From a virus (Duplodnaviria > Heunggongvirae > Uroviricota > Caudoviricetes): DNA of 36,173 nt. The stretch lies in the IMG/VR virus record IMGVR_UViG_2565956709_000006. One strand, given 5' to 3'. The position numbers were made by a program, and so were the translations under genes. Below, piece after piece: positions 28,101-36,173 of the stretch. A model generated the notes under the pieces. It made no database searches. It was not told where the DNA came from and saw only the letters and a list, made by a program, of their open reading frames with translations. Numbering within the stretch: position 1 is the first letter of the stretch; every line of letters begins with the position of its first letter.

Positions 28101-28666
28101 CTCCGGCATTTTCCCTGACACCGGACGGGCGGCTGACGGCGAAAAATGCCGATATCAGCGGTAACGTGAATGCGAACTCCGGGACGCTCAACAACGTCAC
28201 GATTAACGAGAACTGTCGGGTTCTGGGAAAATTGTCCGCGAACCAGATTGAAGGCGATCTCGTTAAAACAGTGGGCAAAGCTTTCCCCCGGGACTCCCGT
28301 GCACCGGAGCGGTGGCCATCAGGAACCATTACCGTCAGGGTTTATGACGATCAGCCGTTTGACCGGCAGATTGTTATTCCGGCGGTGGCATTCAGCGGCG
28401 CTAAACATGAGAAAGAGCATACTGATATTTACTCCTCATGCCGTCTGATAGTGCGGAAAAACGGTGCTGAAATTTATAACCGTACCGCGCTGGATAATAC
28501 GCTGATTTACAGTGGTGTTATTGATATGCCTGCCGGTCACGGTCACATGACACTGGAGTTTTCGGTGTCAGCATGGCTGGTAAATAACTGGTATCCCACA
28601 GCAAGTATCAGCGATTTGCTGGTTGTGGTGATGAAGAAAGCCACTGCAGGCATCACGATTAGCTGA
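25193..28666 (+). CDS. J: central tail fibre / host specificity protein J
   Basis: 1157-aa ORF collinear with lambda gpJ from [18 protein letters not shown] through the fibronectin-like repeats to the C-terminal receptor-binding domain. RBS AAGAGGTGATG. Confidence 0.95.
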   Translation: MGKGGGKAHTPREAKDNLKSTQMMSVIDAIGEGPIDGPVKGLQSILVNKTPLTDTDGNPVIHGVTAVWRAGEQEQTPPEGFESSGSETVLGVEVTRAKPVTRTITSANIDRLRVTFGVQSLVETTSKGDRNPSSVRLLIQLQRNGNWVTEKDVTINGKTTSQFLASVILDNLPPRPFNIRMVRETADSTTDQLQNRTLWSSYTEIIDVKQCYPNTAIVGMQVDAEQFGGQQMTVNYHIRGRIIQVPSNYDPEKRTYSGIWDGSLKPAYSNNPAWCLWDMLTHPRYGMGKRLGAADVDKWALYAIGQYCDQMVPDGFGGTEPRMTFNAYLAQQRKAWDVLSDFCSAMRCMPVWNGQMLTFVQDRLSDVVWPYTNSDVVVDDNGVGFRYSFSALKDRHTAVEVNYTDPQNGWQTSTELVEDPEAILRYGRNLLKMDAFGCTSRGQAHRAGLWVIKTELLETQTVDFTLGSQGLRHTPGDIIEICDNDYAGTLTGGRVLSIDAATRTLTLDREVTLPETGAATVNLINGSGKPVSVDITEHPAPDRIQVSTLPDGVETYGVWGLSLPSLRRRLFRCVSIRENTDGTFAITAVQHVPEKEAIVDNGARFEPQSGSLNSVIPPAVQHLTVEVSAADGQYLAQAKWDTPRVVKGVRFSLRLTSGKGTDARLVTTAITADTEHRFSGLPLGEYTLTVRAINSYGQQGEPATTTFRITAPAAPSRIELTPGYFQITATPHLAVYDPTVQFEFWFSEKRIADIRQVETAARYLGSALYWIAASINIKPGHDYYFYIRSVNTVGKSAFVEAVGRASDDAEGYLDFFKGEIGKTHLAQELWTQIDNGQLAPDLAEIRTSITNVSNEITQTVNKKLENQSAAIQQIQKVQVDTNNNLNSMWAVKLQQMQDGRLYIAGIGAGIENTPAGMQSQVLLAADRIAMINPANGNTKPMFVGQGDQIFMNEVFLKYLTAPTITSGGNPPAFSLTPDGRLTAKNADISGNVNANSGTLNNVTINENCRVLGKLSANQIEGDLVKTVGKAFPRDSRAPERWPSGTITVRVYDDQPFDRQIVIPAVAFSGAKHEKEHTDIYSSCRLIVRKNGAEIYNRTALDNTLIYSGVIDMPAGHGHMTLEFSVSAWLVNNWYPTASISDLLVVVMKKATAGITIS

Positions 28667-28685
28667 ATTTTATAACCCAGATACG

Positions 28686-28709
28686 GGCGCCAGAAATGGC
28701 GCCTTTTTT
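28686..28709 (+). terminator. Rho-independent terminator after J
   Basis: GGCGCC-AGAAAT-GGCGCC hairpin followed by TTTTTT. Confidence 0.7.
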
Positions 28710-28733
28710 ATTGCAGAAAAGCGAGAGGTAATT

Positions 28734-29333
28734 ATGCGTAAATTATGTGCTGTTATTTTGTCCGCAGTAGTCTGGCAGGTCGCCGCTGCTACGCCAGCGA
28801 GTGCAGCAGAACATCAGTCCACGCTGAGCGCGGGGTATCTCCATGCCTCGACGAACGTTCCCGGTAGTGATGATCTGAACGGGATTAACGTGAAATACCG
28901 TTATGAGTTTACGGACACGCTGGGGCTGGTGACGTCATTCAGTTATGCCAATGCCAAAGATGAGCAAAAAACGCATTACAGCGATACCCGCTGGCATGAA
29001 GATTCCGTGCGTAACCGCTGGTTCAGCGTGATGGCGGGGCCGTCTGTGCGCGTGAATGAATGGTTCAGCGCGTATGCGATGGCGGGTGTGGCTTACAGCC
29101 GTGTGTCGACTTTCTCCGGGGATTATCTCCGCGTAACTGACAACAAGGGGAAAACGCACGATGTGCTGACCGGAAGTGATGACGGTCGCCACAGCAACAC
29201 GTCTCTGGCGTGGGGGGCTGGCGTGCAGTTTAACCCGACCGAATCCGTGACCATTGACCTTGCTTATGAAGGTTCCGGTAGTGGCGACTGGCGAACGGAT
29301 GCATTTATTGTTGGTATCGGATACCGTTTCTGA
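28734..29333 (+). CDS. lom: Lom/Ail-family outer membrane beta-barrel protein (moron)
   Basis: 199-aa ORF with signal peptide (MRKLCAVILSAVVWQVAAATPASA), alternating beta-strand pattern and C-terminal ...GIGYRF. Flanked by terminators on both sides, as in lambda. Confidence 0.9.
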   Translation: MRKLCAVILSAVVWQVAAATPASAAEHQSTLSAGYLHASTNVPGSDDLNGINVKYRYEFTDTLGLVTSFSYANAKDEQKTHYSDTRWHEDSVRNRWFSVMAGPSVRVNEWFSAYAMAGVAYSRVSTFSGDYLRVTDNKGKTHDVLTGSDDGRHSNTSLAWGAGVQFNPTESVTIDLAYEGSGSGDWRTDAFIVGIGYRF

Positions 29334-29438
29334 CAACAGACGCCGATTTATCTTCTGTAAATATTGTTATGATACGCAGGTTCATCCACCTTATGGGGTG
29401 AACTGCGTTTGAGGAAACGTAAAGTTACACTGTCCTGA

Positions 29439-29470
29439 AGCCCGTGGCGTCACTGCTGCGGGCTTTTTTT
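29439..29470 (+). terminator. Rho-independent terminator after lom
   Basis: AGCCCG ... CGGGCT stem followed by TTTTTTT. Confidence 0.55.
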
Positions 29471-29484
29471 ATTGGTGGAAAAGT

Positions 29485-32391
29485 ATGACAGTAAAAATTT
29501 CTGGCGTGCTTAAAGATGGCACAGGAAAACCAGTACAGAACTGCACCATTGTGCTGAAGGCCAGACGAACCAGCAGCACGGTGGTGGTGAACACGGTGGC
29601 CTCTGAAAATCCGGATGAAGCCGGACGTTACAGCATGGATGTTGAGCATGGTCAGTACAGCGTCACCCTGCTGGTTGAAGGTTTTCCGCCTTCACATGCC
29701 GGGACCATTACCGTCTATGAAGGTTCCAGACCAGGTACGCTGAATGATTTTCTCGGTGCCATGACGGAGGATGATGTCCGACCGGAGGCACTGCGCCGCT
29801 TTGAGCAGATGGTGGAAGAGGTGTCACGTAACGCCTCCGCGGTTGCACAGAATACGGCAGCCGCGAAAAAATCAGCCAGCGATGCCAGTGCATCAGCCAG
29901 CGAGGCGGCAACTCATGCAACCGATGCTGCAGCCTCAGCACGTGCCGCCAGCACGTCAGCCGGACAGGCCGCGTCGTCGGCTCAGTCAGCGTCTTCCAGC
30001 GCAGGAACGGCATCGACAAAGGCCCGTGAAGCAGCAAAAAGTGCTGCTGCTGCAGAGTCATCAAAAAGCGCGGCAGCTACCAGCGCCAGTGCCGCGAAAA
30101 CGTCAGAAACGAATGCCGCAGCATCACAAAAATCGGCAGCCACTTCTGCATCCACAGCGACCACGAAGGCGTCAGAAGCTGCCACCTCGGCACGGGGTGC
30201 GGCGGCCTCAAAAGAGGCAGCGAAATCATCAGAAACGAACGCATCATCAAGCGCCAGTAGTGCCGCTTCCTCGGCAACGGCGGCAGGCAATTCCGCGAAG
30301 GCGGCAAAGACGTCTGAGACAAACGCCAGGTCTTCTGAAACGGCAGCGGGACAGAGCGCCTCGGCTGCGGCAGGCTCAAAAACAGCGGCTGCGTCGTCTG
30401 CCAGTGCCGCGTCAACAAGTGCCGGGCAGGCCTCAGCCAGTGCCACCGCCGCCGGAAAATCGGCAGAAAGCGCCGCATCATCCGCTTCAACAGCCACAAC
30501 GAAGGCTGGCAAAGCCACTGAGCAAGCCACTGCAGCAGCGAGGTCTGCTTCTGCAGCAAAAACCTCTGAAACAAATGCAAAGACTTCAGCAGACAATGCT
30601 GCTTCCTCTAAGGCGGCAGCCGCATCGTCAGCCAGTTCAGCGGCGTCATCGGCATCATCTGCGTCTGCTTCAAAAGATGAGGCGACCAGACAAGCGTCAG
30701 CAGCGAAAGGTAGTGCCACGACAGCAACAATGAAAGCATCAGAGGCAGCTGGTAGTGTGACGGCGGCAGCTCAGAGCAAAAGTACGGCGGAATCCGCGGC
30801 AACGCGCGCCGAGACAGCAGCAAAACGGGCAGAGGATATTGCATCCGCCGTGGCGCTGGAGGATGCGAGCACGACGAAAAAGGGGATAGTACAGCTCAGC
30901 AGTGCGACCAACAGCACTTCCGAGTCACTGGCGGCAACGCCAAAAGCGGTTAAGGCGGTAATGGGTGAAACGAACAAGAAAGCGCCCTTAAATAGTCCTG
31001 CACTGACCGGAACGCCAACAACACCAACTGCGCGACAGGGAACGAATAATACCCAAATCGCAAGCACGGCTTATGTTATGGCTGCGATCGCTGCCCTCGT
31101 GGACTCGTCGCCTGACGCACTGAATACGCTGAACGAGCTGGCTGCGGCGTTGGGCAACGACCCGAATTTTGCGACCACCATGACTAACGCGCTTGCGGGT
31201 AAGCAACCGAAAGATGCCACCCTGACGGCGCTGGCCGGGCTTGCTACTGCGGCAGACAGGTTTCCGTATTTTACGGGGAATGATGTTGCCAGTCTGGCAA
31301 CCCTGACAAAAGTTGGGCGGGATATTCTTGCGAAATCGACCGTTGCCGCCGTTATCGAATACCTCGGTTTACAGGAAACGGTAAACAAGGCTGGTAACGC
31401 CGTTCAGCGTTCCGGCGATAAAATGACCGGAGAACTGAAAATTGGCACGGTGAATGCGCTGCGAATTTTCAATGATGCCTTCGGTCTTATTTTCCGTCGT
31501 TCAGAAGATTTTCTTCATTTCATTCCGACGGCTGAAGGACAAGGCGAAAACGGTGATATAGGCCCATTAAGGCCATTCGCTATAAATCTGAGAACAGGTG
31601 CTATATCTGTCAGCCACGGGGCCAAAATTGATGGTGGGCTGGCGCTTGGTACAGATAACGCACTGGGCGGTAATTCCATTACTCTCGGAGATAACGACAC
31701 TGGTATTAAACAGGGCGGCGACGGTGTCCTTTTATTCTATTCAAATGGACAACTGGCATTTGGACTTCAACCCGCATCTGCTGATTTTTATAAGCGGGTT
31801 GCATATATTCATCAGGGAATAATTCCTGATGGAAGTGGCGCATTTGCAGACCAGTTGAATAATGCCACCGCGCCTTTTGTTCAGACGCAGTTTGCCTGGA
31901 ATCCCACTCCTGGTGGTCATTACGTGCCGATAGTTAAGGGCTTGTCCATTCGCAATGGACAGGGCTATCCCGGCGCGGTCAGCTTTGGGTATTTACTGAC
32001 AGAACAGTATGGATTTCCGGTTCCATGTATTCATATGCGTGGCGATGGCGGTAATGATGCTTTATGGCAGTTTAACCCGAACGATAAATCCTTTATTTCA
32101 CCGGGTGCTCTTATTGCGGGTGGCGTCCGTTATAACACCGATGGAAATATATTTGGTGGGTGCTGGGGTTCAAACTTAAATGATTACCTGAATAGTTCTT
32201 TTATCAGAAATGTGCGTCTGGGAGGCAGACGTTCTGACACATTATATCGCGGAGGACTTTGCGAACCAGGTAATGGTCATGTGACAACAGGATTGCAAAT
32301 TATTGGTGAGGTTGATGGAGATGACTGGATGGTGTCACGACCACTACAAAAATACATTTCTGGTAACTGGTATAACGTTGAACAGGCATAG
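29485..32391 (+). CDS. stf: side tail fibre protein (constant N-terminal part, Ala/Ser-rich repetitive shaft, variable C-terminal tip)
   Basis: 968-aa ORF. Conserved prophage Stf N-terminal domain (MTVKISGVLKDGTGKPVQNCTIVLKA...), then about 330 aa of low-complexity Ala/Ser/Thr-rich repeats (recurring KTSETNA units). The C-terminal third begins at a gix-like recombination site and shares the motif ALGGNSI.LGDNDTG.KQ with the silent alternative tip on the opposite strand. Confidence 0.9.
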   Translation: MTVKISGVLKDGTGKPVQNCTIVLKARRTSSTVVVNTVASENPDEAGRYSMDVEHGQYSVTLLVEGFPPSHAGTITVYEGSRPGTLNDFLGAMTEDDVRPEALRRFEQMVEEVSRNASAVAQNTAAAKKSASDASASASEAATHATDAAASARAASTSAGQAASSAQSASSSAGTASTKAREAAKSAAAAESSKSAAATSASAAKTSETNAAASQKSAATSASTATTKASEAATSARGAAASKEAAKSSETNASSSASSAASSATAAGNSAKAAKTSETNARSSETAAGQSASAAAGSKTAAASSASAASTSAGQASASATAAGKSAESAASSASTATTKAGKATEQATAAARSASAAKTSETNAKTSADNAASSKAAAASSASSAASSASSASASKDEATRQASAAKGSATTATMKASEAAGSVTAAAQSKSTAESAATRAETAAKRAEDIASAVALEDASTTKKGIVQLSSATNSTSESLAATPKAVKAVMGETNKKAPLNSPALTGTPTTPTARQGTNNTQIASTAYVMAAIAALVDSSPDALNTLNELAAALGNDPNFATTMTNALAGKQPKDATLTALAGLATAADRFPYFTGNDVASLATLTKVGRDILAKSTVAAVIEYLGLQETVNKAGNAVQRSGDKMTGELKIGTVNALRIFNDAFGLIFRRSEDFLHFIPTAEGQGENGDIGPLRPFAINLRTGAISVSHGAKIDGGLALGTDNALGGNSITLGDNDTGIKQGGDGVLLFYSNGQLAFGLQPASADFYKRVAYIHQGIIPDGSGAFADQLNNATAPFVQTQFAWNPTPGGHYVPIVKGLSIRNGQGYPGAVSFGYLLTEQYGFPVPCIHMRGDGGNDALWQFNPNDKSFISPGALIAGGVRYNTDGNIFGGCWGSNLNDYLNSSFIRNVRLGGRRSDTLYRGGLCEPGNGHVTTGLQIIGEVDGDDWMVSRPLQKYISGNWYNVEQA
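31352..31377. repeat. left crossover site (gix/pix-like 26-bp inverted repeat) inside stf
   Basis: TTATCGAATACCTCGGTTTACAGGAA. Matches the reverse complement of 34433..34458 at 22 of 26 positions and resembles the known gix/pix consensus (TTCCTGTAAACCGAGGTTTTGGATAA). Confidence 0.8.
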
Positions 32392-32406
32392 CCATCAGGA
32401 GAATAT

Positions 32407-32934
32407 ATGCAACATCTGAAAAATATTACCGCCGGAAACCCCAAAACCATTGAGCAGTATCAGCTTACGAAAAAAGCTGGCGTTATCTGGCTATATACAG
32501 AAGACGGTAAAAACTGGTATGACGAATTAAAAAACTTTCAGGATGATACTTTAAAAATAGCTTATGACCAGAAGGGGATTATTCGTTGTATTGAGAAAGA
32601 CGTATCAACACTTAACCCTGACGGGTTAAGTGTTGTTGAGTTACCGAATATAACAGCCAACCGTCGCGCCGATATCTCGGGAAACTGGAAGTTTCTGGAT
32701 GGTAAAGTAGTAAAGCGGGAATATACAAAACAGGAACTGCAACAGCAGGCAGAGTTACAAAAAGCCGCTTTGCTTTCCGAAGCGGAGTCTGTGATTCAAC
32801 CGCTGGAACGTGCTGTCAGACTGAATATGGCAACTGATGAGGAACGCACACGACTGGAATCATGGGAACGCTACAGCGTTATGGTCAGCCGTGTGGATAC
32901 TGCAAAGCCTGAATGGCCACAGAAACCAGAATAA
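32407..32934 (+). CDS. tfa: tail fibre assembly protein (expressed copy)
   Basis: 175-aa ORF with RBS AGGAGAATAT, directly after stf. Tfa-family N-terminus ([38 protein letters not shown]). Paralogous to the convergent minus-strand copy. Confidence 0.9.
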   Translation: MQHLKNITAGNPKTIEQYQLTKKAGVIWLYTEDGKNWYDELKNFQDDTLKIAYDQKGIIRCIEKDVSTLNPDGLSVVELPNITANRRADISGNWKFLDGKVVKREYTKQELQQQAELQKAALLSEAESVIQPLERAVRLNMATDEERTRLESWERYSVMVSRVDTAKPEWPQKPE

Positions 32935-32944
32935 CAACAAATTA

Positions 32945-32965
32945 AGGCCCGTACGGGCCTTTTCT
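32945..32965. terminator. bidirectional terminator between the convergent tfa genes
   Basis: Palindrome GGCCCG-TA-CGGGCC flanked by A/T runs. Confidence 0.6.
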
Positions 32966-33498
32966 TATTCTGGTGGTTCCGGGAATGTTACAGGAAGAAC
33001 CGAGGTATCAGTTGTCTCAACCTGTTGCACGTATCGCATCCAGTTCATCAGTTGCTGTCTGTCTGAATCAGTGATAATCCCCAAAGTAAGCTGTGTTTGC
33101 CAGAACTGCGTTTTTTCTCTGGCCTGCTGTAATAATATTTTTTTCTGGTTTTCCGTCTGTAGGCGCAACTCTTCTTCGGTATATACACGTTTAATGACTG
33201 CGCCATCTTTAAACATCCATTTACCTGAGTCGTCAGCACGCCGGTTGGCGGTAATATCAGGAATCTCAACGACGCTATAACCTTCAGGGTTAAGTGTGGA
33301 GGCATCTTTGGTTATGGCAACAATAATATTATTTTCATCGTAAACAATCTTTATGGTGTCTGGCTGAAAGTTTTTCACTTCCTCATACCAGTTTTTTTCG
33401 TCCTCAGAGTAAAGCCAGATAACTCCGTGTTTCTTTGTTAACTCATACTGTTCCAGTGTTTTAGCATTACCCGCTTTTATGTTCTTTAAGTGCATCAT
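32965..33498 (-). CDS. tfa: tail fibre assembly protein, alternative (silent-orientation) copy
   Basis: 177-aa minus-strand ORF ([38 protein letters not shown]...) paralogous to tfa; inverted orientation inside the invertible segment. Confidence 0.85.
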   Translation of the reverse strand: MMHLKNIKAGNAKTLEQYELTKKHGVIWLYSEDEKNWYEEVKNFQPDTIKIVYDENNIIVAITKDASTLNPEGYSVVEIPDITANRRADDSGKWMFKDGAVIKRVYTEEELRLQTENQKKILLQQAREKTQFWQTQLTLGIITDSDRQQLMNWMRYVQQVETTDTSVLPVTFPEPPE

Positions 33499-33499
33499 A

Positions 33500-34432
33500 T
33501 TAAACGCTCGCTACATTATACCAGGTGCCATTTATATACTTTTGAACGGGTCTGTAATAAACGCCCGCTATATTATCGGCAGAGTTAGACCCTGTATCCT
33601 GAACATTAATACCAGACAATACATGACCTGAAGGGCACCGGAAATACCATGTTTGCCAGTTGTTCACTCCATAATATTGCTGTGAACCAAGTCGAACATC
33701 TTTCACATAACGGGAATCAAAGTTACCGTAATCCGAGGGGTTAACACGCCCTGTAATATTTATGGTTTTATTACTTTGAATGCTTCCGGAGACAAAGCGC
33801 ATAACATGGACGTTATTAGCATAAACATCCAGATTACCATCGCCATTTTGTTTAAAGCCCGTGTCATTATCACCCAATACAATCGAATTACCGCCAAGAG
33901 CACTGGATGTTCCGATACCCAGTGTACCATTCAGTTGACCACCAGATAACGGCAGTGCACCAACATCTCCTGCTGAAGGTTTTCTGGTGGTGGTGTAAAA
34001 TTCGGACCAGTCGGCTTCAAAACCATAACCATCACGGGCTGAACGATAAAAAACACCGCCATTTTTATAATTAATCCGAAACTGAGCTGCAGGACAACTT
34101 CCTTCTCCCATATAAAAATGAATAATTAACGTTGATGCACCACTAATAGTTGCGTTATAGGCTCCGCTACTCCAGTTCCATCCAACTGCTTTATCATTCG
34201 CAACGGTGCTTCCTGTTTTCCCTAAGGCAAACGCACCAACATGACTTGCTTTTAATGTGATATCGGAGGAACCATCAAAAGCCACATTGCTTATTTTCCT
34301 GGCAGTTTTTAATTTTGCAGCTGTAGAAGCATTGCCGGATAGTTCACCAGAAAGGCCACCGCTGAATGTTTGTCGATTAGTCCAGGTATTCGCTGTACTG
34401 AGTAACGGTATTTTCTCCCCGCTTGTGCCGAG
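33500..34432 (-). CDS. alternative side tail fibre C-terminal segment (promoterless silent cassette; fuses to the stf constant part after inversion)
   Basis: Minus-strand frame open from the right crossover site (manual translation from 34450 downward: [17 protein letters not shown]...AFDGSSD...) to the stop at 33500. In-frame with stf across the crossover core (CTC GGT TTA). Shares [22 protein letters not shown] with the expressed tip. The track lists only the part from an internal GTG (33500..34285). Confidence 0.75.
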   Translation of the reverse strand, partial: LGTSGEKIPLLSTANTWTNRQTFSGGLSGELSGNASTAAKLKTARKISNVAFDGSSDITLKASHVGAFALGKTGSTVANDKAVGWNWSSGAYNATISGASTLIIHFYMGEGSCPAAQFRINYKNGGVFYRSARDGYGFEADWSEFYTTTRKPSAGDVGALPLSGGQLNGTLGIGTSSALGGNSIVLGDNDTGFKQNGDGNLDVYANNVHVMRFVSGSIQSNKTINITGRVNPSDYGNFDSRYVKDVRLGSQQYYGVNNWQTWYFRCPSGHVLSGINVQDTGSNSADNIAGVYYRPVQKYINGTWYNVASV

Positions 34433-34458
34433 TTCTCGTAAACCGAGGTTTTAGATAA
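34433..34458. repeat. right crossover site (gix/pix-like 26-bp inverted repeat)
   Basis: TTCTCGTAAACCGAGGTTTTAGATAA, inverted partner of 31352..31377, located just upstream of the pin gene as in Mu G / P1 C / e14 invertible segments. Confidence 0.8.
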
Positions 34459-34512
34459 TGGCGGTTTCTGGCCTGTATGGCATGATTTGTGCTTTTGGAC
34501 GGGAGATTCAGC

Positions 34513-34745
34513 GTGCTGATTGGCTATGTAAGGGTATCAACAAATGACCAGAATACAGATCTGCAACGAAACGCTCTTGTTTGTGCAGGATATGAACAAA
34601 TATTTGAAGATAAATTAAGCGGAACAAGGACAGGCCGACCTGGATTAAAACGTGCTTTAAAGCGCCTTCAAAAAGGTGACGCACTGGTTGTCTGAAAACT
34701 GGACTGACTGGTTCACTGTATGCGGCATCTTGTCGTGCTGGTGGT
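34513..34745 (+). pseudogene. pin: pin-type serine DNA invertase, inactivated (nonsense mutations and 3' truncation)
   Basis: GTG start. The first 59 codons encode VLIGYVRVSTNDQNTDLQRNALVCAGYEQIFEDKLSGTRTGRPGLKRALKRLQKGDALVV (catalytic Ser in YVRVST). Then TGA where the family has Trp, a second in-frame TGA four codons later, and after about codon 76 the sequence runs into a tfa 3' fragment. The resolvase catalytic core and C-terminal HTH are missing. Confidence 0.8.
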
Positions 34746-34746
34746 G

Positions 34747-34887
34747 GAAGCCTGGAAAAAGTATCGGGTGTTGCTGAACCGTGTTGATACATCAACTGCA
34801 CCTGATATTGAGTGGCCTACGAACCCTGTCAGGGAGTAATCATTGGGATTATGCCGCAGCACGTCTTAAGCAAGAACGTGCTGCGGT
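34747..34887 (+). repeat. direct repeat copy A: tfa 3' end fragment plus hairpin
   Basis: Encodes ...[30 protein letters not shown]-stop, followed by an 11-bp-stem hairpin (CCGCAGCACGT ... ACGTGCTGCGG). About 88 percent identical to 35796..35938, including an identical 39-nt core CGTGTTGATACATCAACTGCACCTGATATTGAGTGGCCT. Confidence 0.8.
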
Positions 34888-34893
34888 TGGATG

Positions 34894-35562
34894 CTATTTT
34901 TTCCCTGAAGCGGAAAACATTACTACAGTACCTTGAACCTTGGTTTTAACATTCTCGAAATGCTCTGAGAGTATATGTGTTAAGCCTTCTTCGGAATCTT
35001 TTGTGTTTGAAAAGATGCCTTTCTGATTGTAAATGCGCATCAGTTTTTGACCGAAGCTATTGTGCACAACTCCATCGCCAAGAATTGTGGCTCCGTATAG
35101 AGTTCCATCGTCAGTTAAGGCCTGCGCCGCATTGCGTATTACACAGCTTTTTGTAGATATATTTCCAGGCAGGCAGTGAAGAAGGTAAAACATGGAAATG
35201 GAATCAAATTGACCATGTAACGCCGCGGGATAAGGTTCAAAAACATCATGGCTAATTTTATGTTTAATTTTTGATTCCCCAGCCCTTGTAGATGCCGCGT
35301 TCAGGCTAGCTTCGTTCAAATCCATTAAAGATATCAGACTACTCTCAGGTACGTGAGTAAGGTAAAACCCAGTTCCAACACCAATATCCAGATGGTTGTT
35401 ACCTACATGTTCCAGAAAGTGTGGAAGAAGGTGTTCCTTTGTAGGACATCCCCATGCAAGCCGATTTGATACTCCCAAAACCCACCAGTCATAAAGCTTT
35501 AGGGTAAGTGGTGTGTAAATTTTAGCCCCATCATCTGTGTTTTTTTTCATTGATTTCACCAT
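34894..35562 (-). CDS. class I SAM-dependent methyltransferase (small-molecule/protein/RNA type, not a DNA MTase by motifs)
   Basis: 222-aa minus-strand ORF (alternative start at 35550 has the better RBS). Motif I LDIGVGTGFY, acidic post-I residue (LMDLNE), motif II FDSISMFYLLHCLP, motif III LTDDGTLYGATIL. AT-rich relative to the phage structural genes. Bracketed by direct repeats. Confidence 0.7.
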   Translation of the reverse strand: MVKSMKKNTDDGAKIYTPLTLKLYDWWVLGVSNRLAWGCPTKEHLLPHFLEHVGNNHLDIGVGTGFYLTHVPESSLISLMDLNEASLNAASTRAGESKIKHKISHDVFEPYPAALHGQFDSISMFYLLHCLPGNISTKSCVIRNAAQALTDDGTLYGATILGDGVVHNSFGQKLMRIYNQKGIFSNTKDSEEGLTHILSEHFENVKTKVQGTVVMFSASGKK

Positions 35563-35618
35563 GTTATAGTTTTATTTGTGAATTAAATCAATTATGGCGA
35601 TGAATTACAAGGGGTTAA

Positions 35619-35888
35619 ATGCTGCCGCAGCATAGCGATATTGAAATAGCCTGGTATGCTTCGATACAGCAGGAGCCGAATGGCTGGAAGACCGTCACCA
35701 CACAGTTCTACATCCAGGAATTCAGTGAGTATATTGCGCCACTGCAGGATGCTGTAGATCTGGAAATCGCAACGGAGGAAGAAAGATCGTTGCTGGAGGC
35801 ATGGAATAAATATCGGGTATTGTTGAATCGTGTTGATACATCAACTGCACCTGATATTGAGTGGCCTGCAAATCCTGTCAGGGAGTAA
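35619..35888 (+). CDS. tail fibre assembly protein C-terminal-domain remnant (truncated tfa-like ORF)
   Basis: 89-aa ORF with RBS AAGGGG. The C-terminus ...[37 protein letters not shown] aligns with the Tfa C-terminal region. Lacks the Tfa N-terminal half. Confidence 0.5.
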   Translation: MLPQHSDIEIAWYASIQQEPNGWKTVTTQFYIQEFSEYIAPLQDAVDLEIATEEERSLLEAWNKYRVLLNRVDTSTAPDIEWPANPVRE

Positions 35889-35938
35889 TCATTGGGATTA
35901 TGCCGCAGACACGTCGTATGCAGGAACGTGCTGCGGTT
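35796..35938 (+). repeat. direct repeat copy B: tfa 3' end fragment plus hairpin
   Basis: See copy A. Together the two copies bracket the SAM methyltransferase gene. Confidence 0.8.
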
Positions 35939-36002
35939 AGTTTGTGAGCTTTCGATAGTGGTTGTTATTTTTGCCCTTATTTGTTCCGGAGGCCATGGTT
36001 CA

Positions 36003-36173
36003 ATGGTCCGTCTGCCCCCTGTGGTGATGTCAGCAAAATCAGCCACTGCGCGAACCACAATAGCCCGGGAAGATGCTGAAGATCACCAGGTAAAGCTATC
36101 AGCGCAGAAACTGGAAGAACTGCTCGCATCAATGGTTAAGGATGAGGTTGATCGCAATGATGGGATTTATTGA
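36003..36173 (+). CDS. small hypothetical protein (56 aa) at the window edge
   Basis: Internal ATG of track ORF 35892..36173 with RBS GGAGG 10 nt upstream. Encodes MVRLPPVVMSAKSATARTTIAREDAEDHQVKLSAQKLEELLASMVKDEVDRNDGIY. The upstream part of the track ORF overlaps the repeat hairpin and is unlikely to be coding. Confidence 0.35.
   Translation: MVRLPPVVMSAKSATARTTIAREDAEDHQVKLSAQKLEELLASMVKDEVDRNDGIY

Noticed and set aside
29771-30733. 320-aa plus-strand ORF (Arg/Pro/Gln-rich) and 245-aa minus-strand ORF (29982..30719, Ala-rich) overlapping stf
   Set aside because: Both are alternative-frame readings of the low-complexity Ala/Ser repeat tract of stf, with extreme compositional bias and no independent start signals.
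34489-34695. Treating the pin ORF as an intact small gene
   Set aside because: It matches only the first roughly 60 residues of serine invertases and ends at a TGA replacing a conserved Trp; the downstream sequence still reads as degenerate invertase and then a tfa fragment, so it is a pseudogene.
1-36173. CRISPR arrays, rRNA genes, integrase or att sites
   Set aside because: No regularly spaced short direct repeats with unique spacers, no rRNA-like sequence, and no integrase ORF were seen. The window covers only the late and structural arm, so the integration module presumably lies outside it.

Overview
This window is the late region of a lambda-like (lambdoid, cos-packaging) prophage of an enterobacterial host, read left to right in prophage order: late-operon cargo, lysis cassette, cos, head genes, tail genes, side tail fibre region. 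All calls rest on reading the ORF translations and the DNA by eye and on recalled homology to phage lambda and E. coli prophage proteins; no database search was run. The window opens inside an IS1 copy (1..216). Directly downstream is the most interesting element: an AT-rich, translationally coupled gene pair encoding a P-loop ABC/OLD-like ATPase and a small TOPRIM-like protein (240..1963), a candidate anti-phage defence or abortive-infection module. It is followed by a small HTH-like ORF, an orphan DNA N6-adenine methyltransferase, three tRNA genes (anticodons CAU, UCG, UCU), an empty stx-like slot, a NanS-p-type esterase, and a lysis cassette (holin S, SAR endolysin R, Rz/Rz1) interrupted by a convergent pair of unknown genes. 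The cosN cohesive end matches lambda exactly at 9295..9306, and a complete lambda-type morphogenetic module follows (Nu1 through J, then lom and stf/tfa). The stf C-terminus and tfa lie in a roughly 3.1 kb invertible segment bounded by 26-bp gix/pix-like inverted repeats, with a silent alternative fibre tip and tfa on the opposite strand. The adjacent pin invertase is a pseudogene, so the switch appears locked. Downstream, a class I SAM-dependent methyltransferase on the minus strand is bracketed by roughly 140-bp direct repeats derived from tfa 3' ends.
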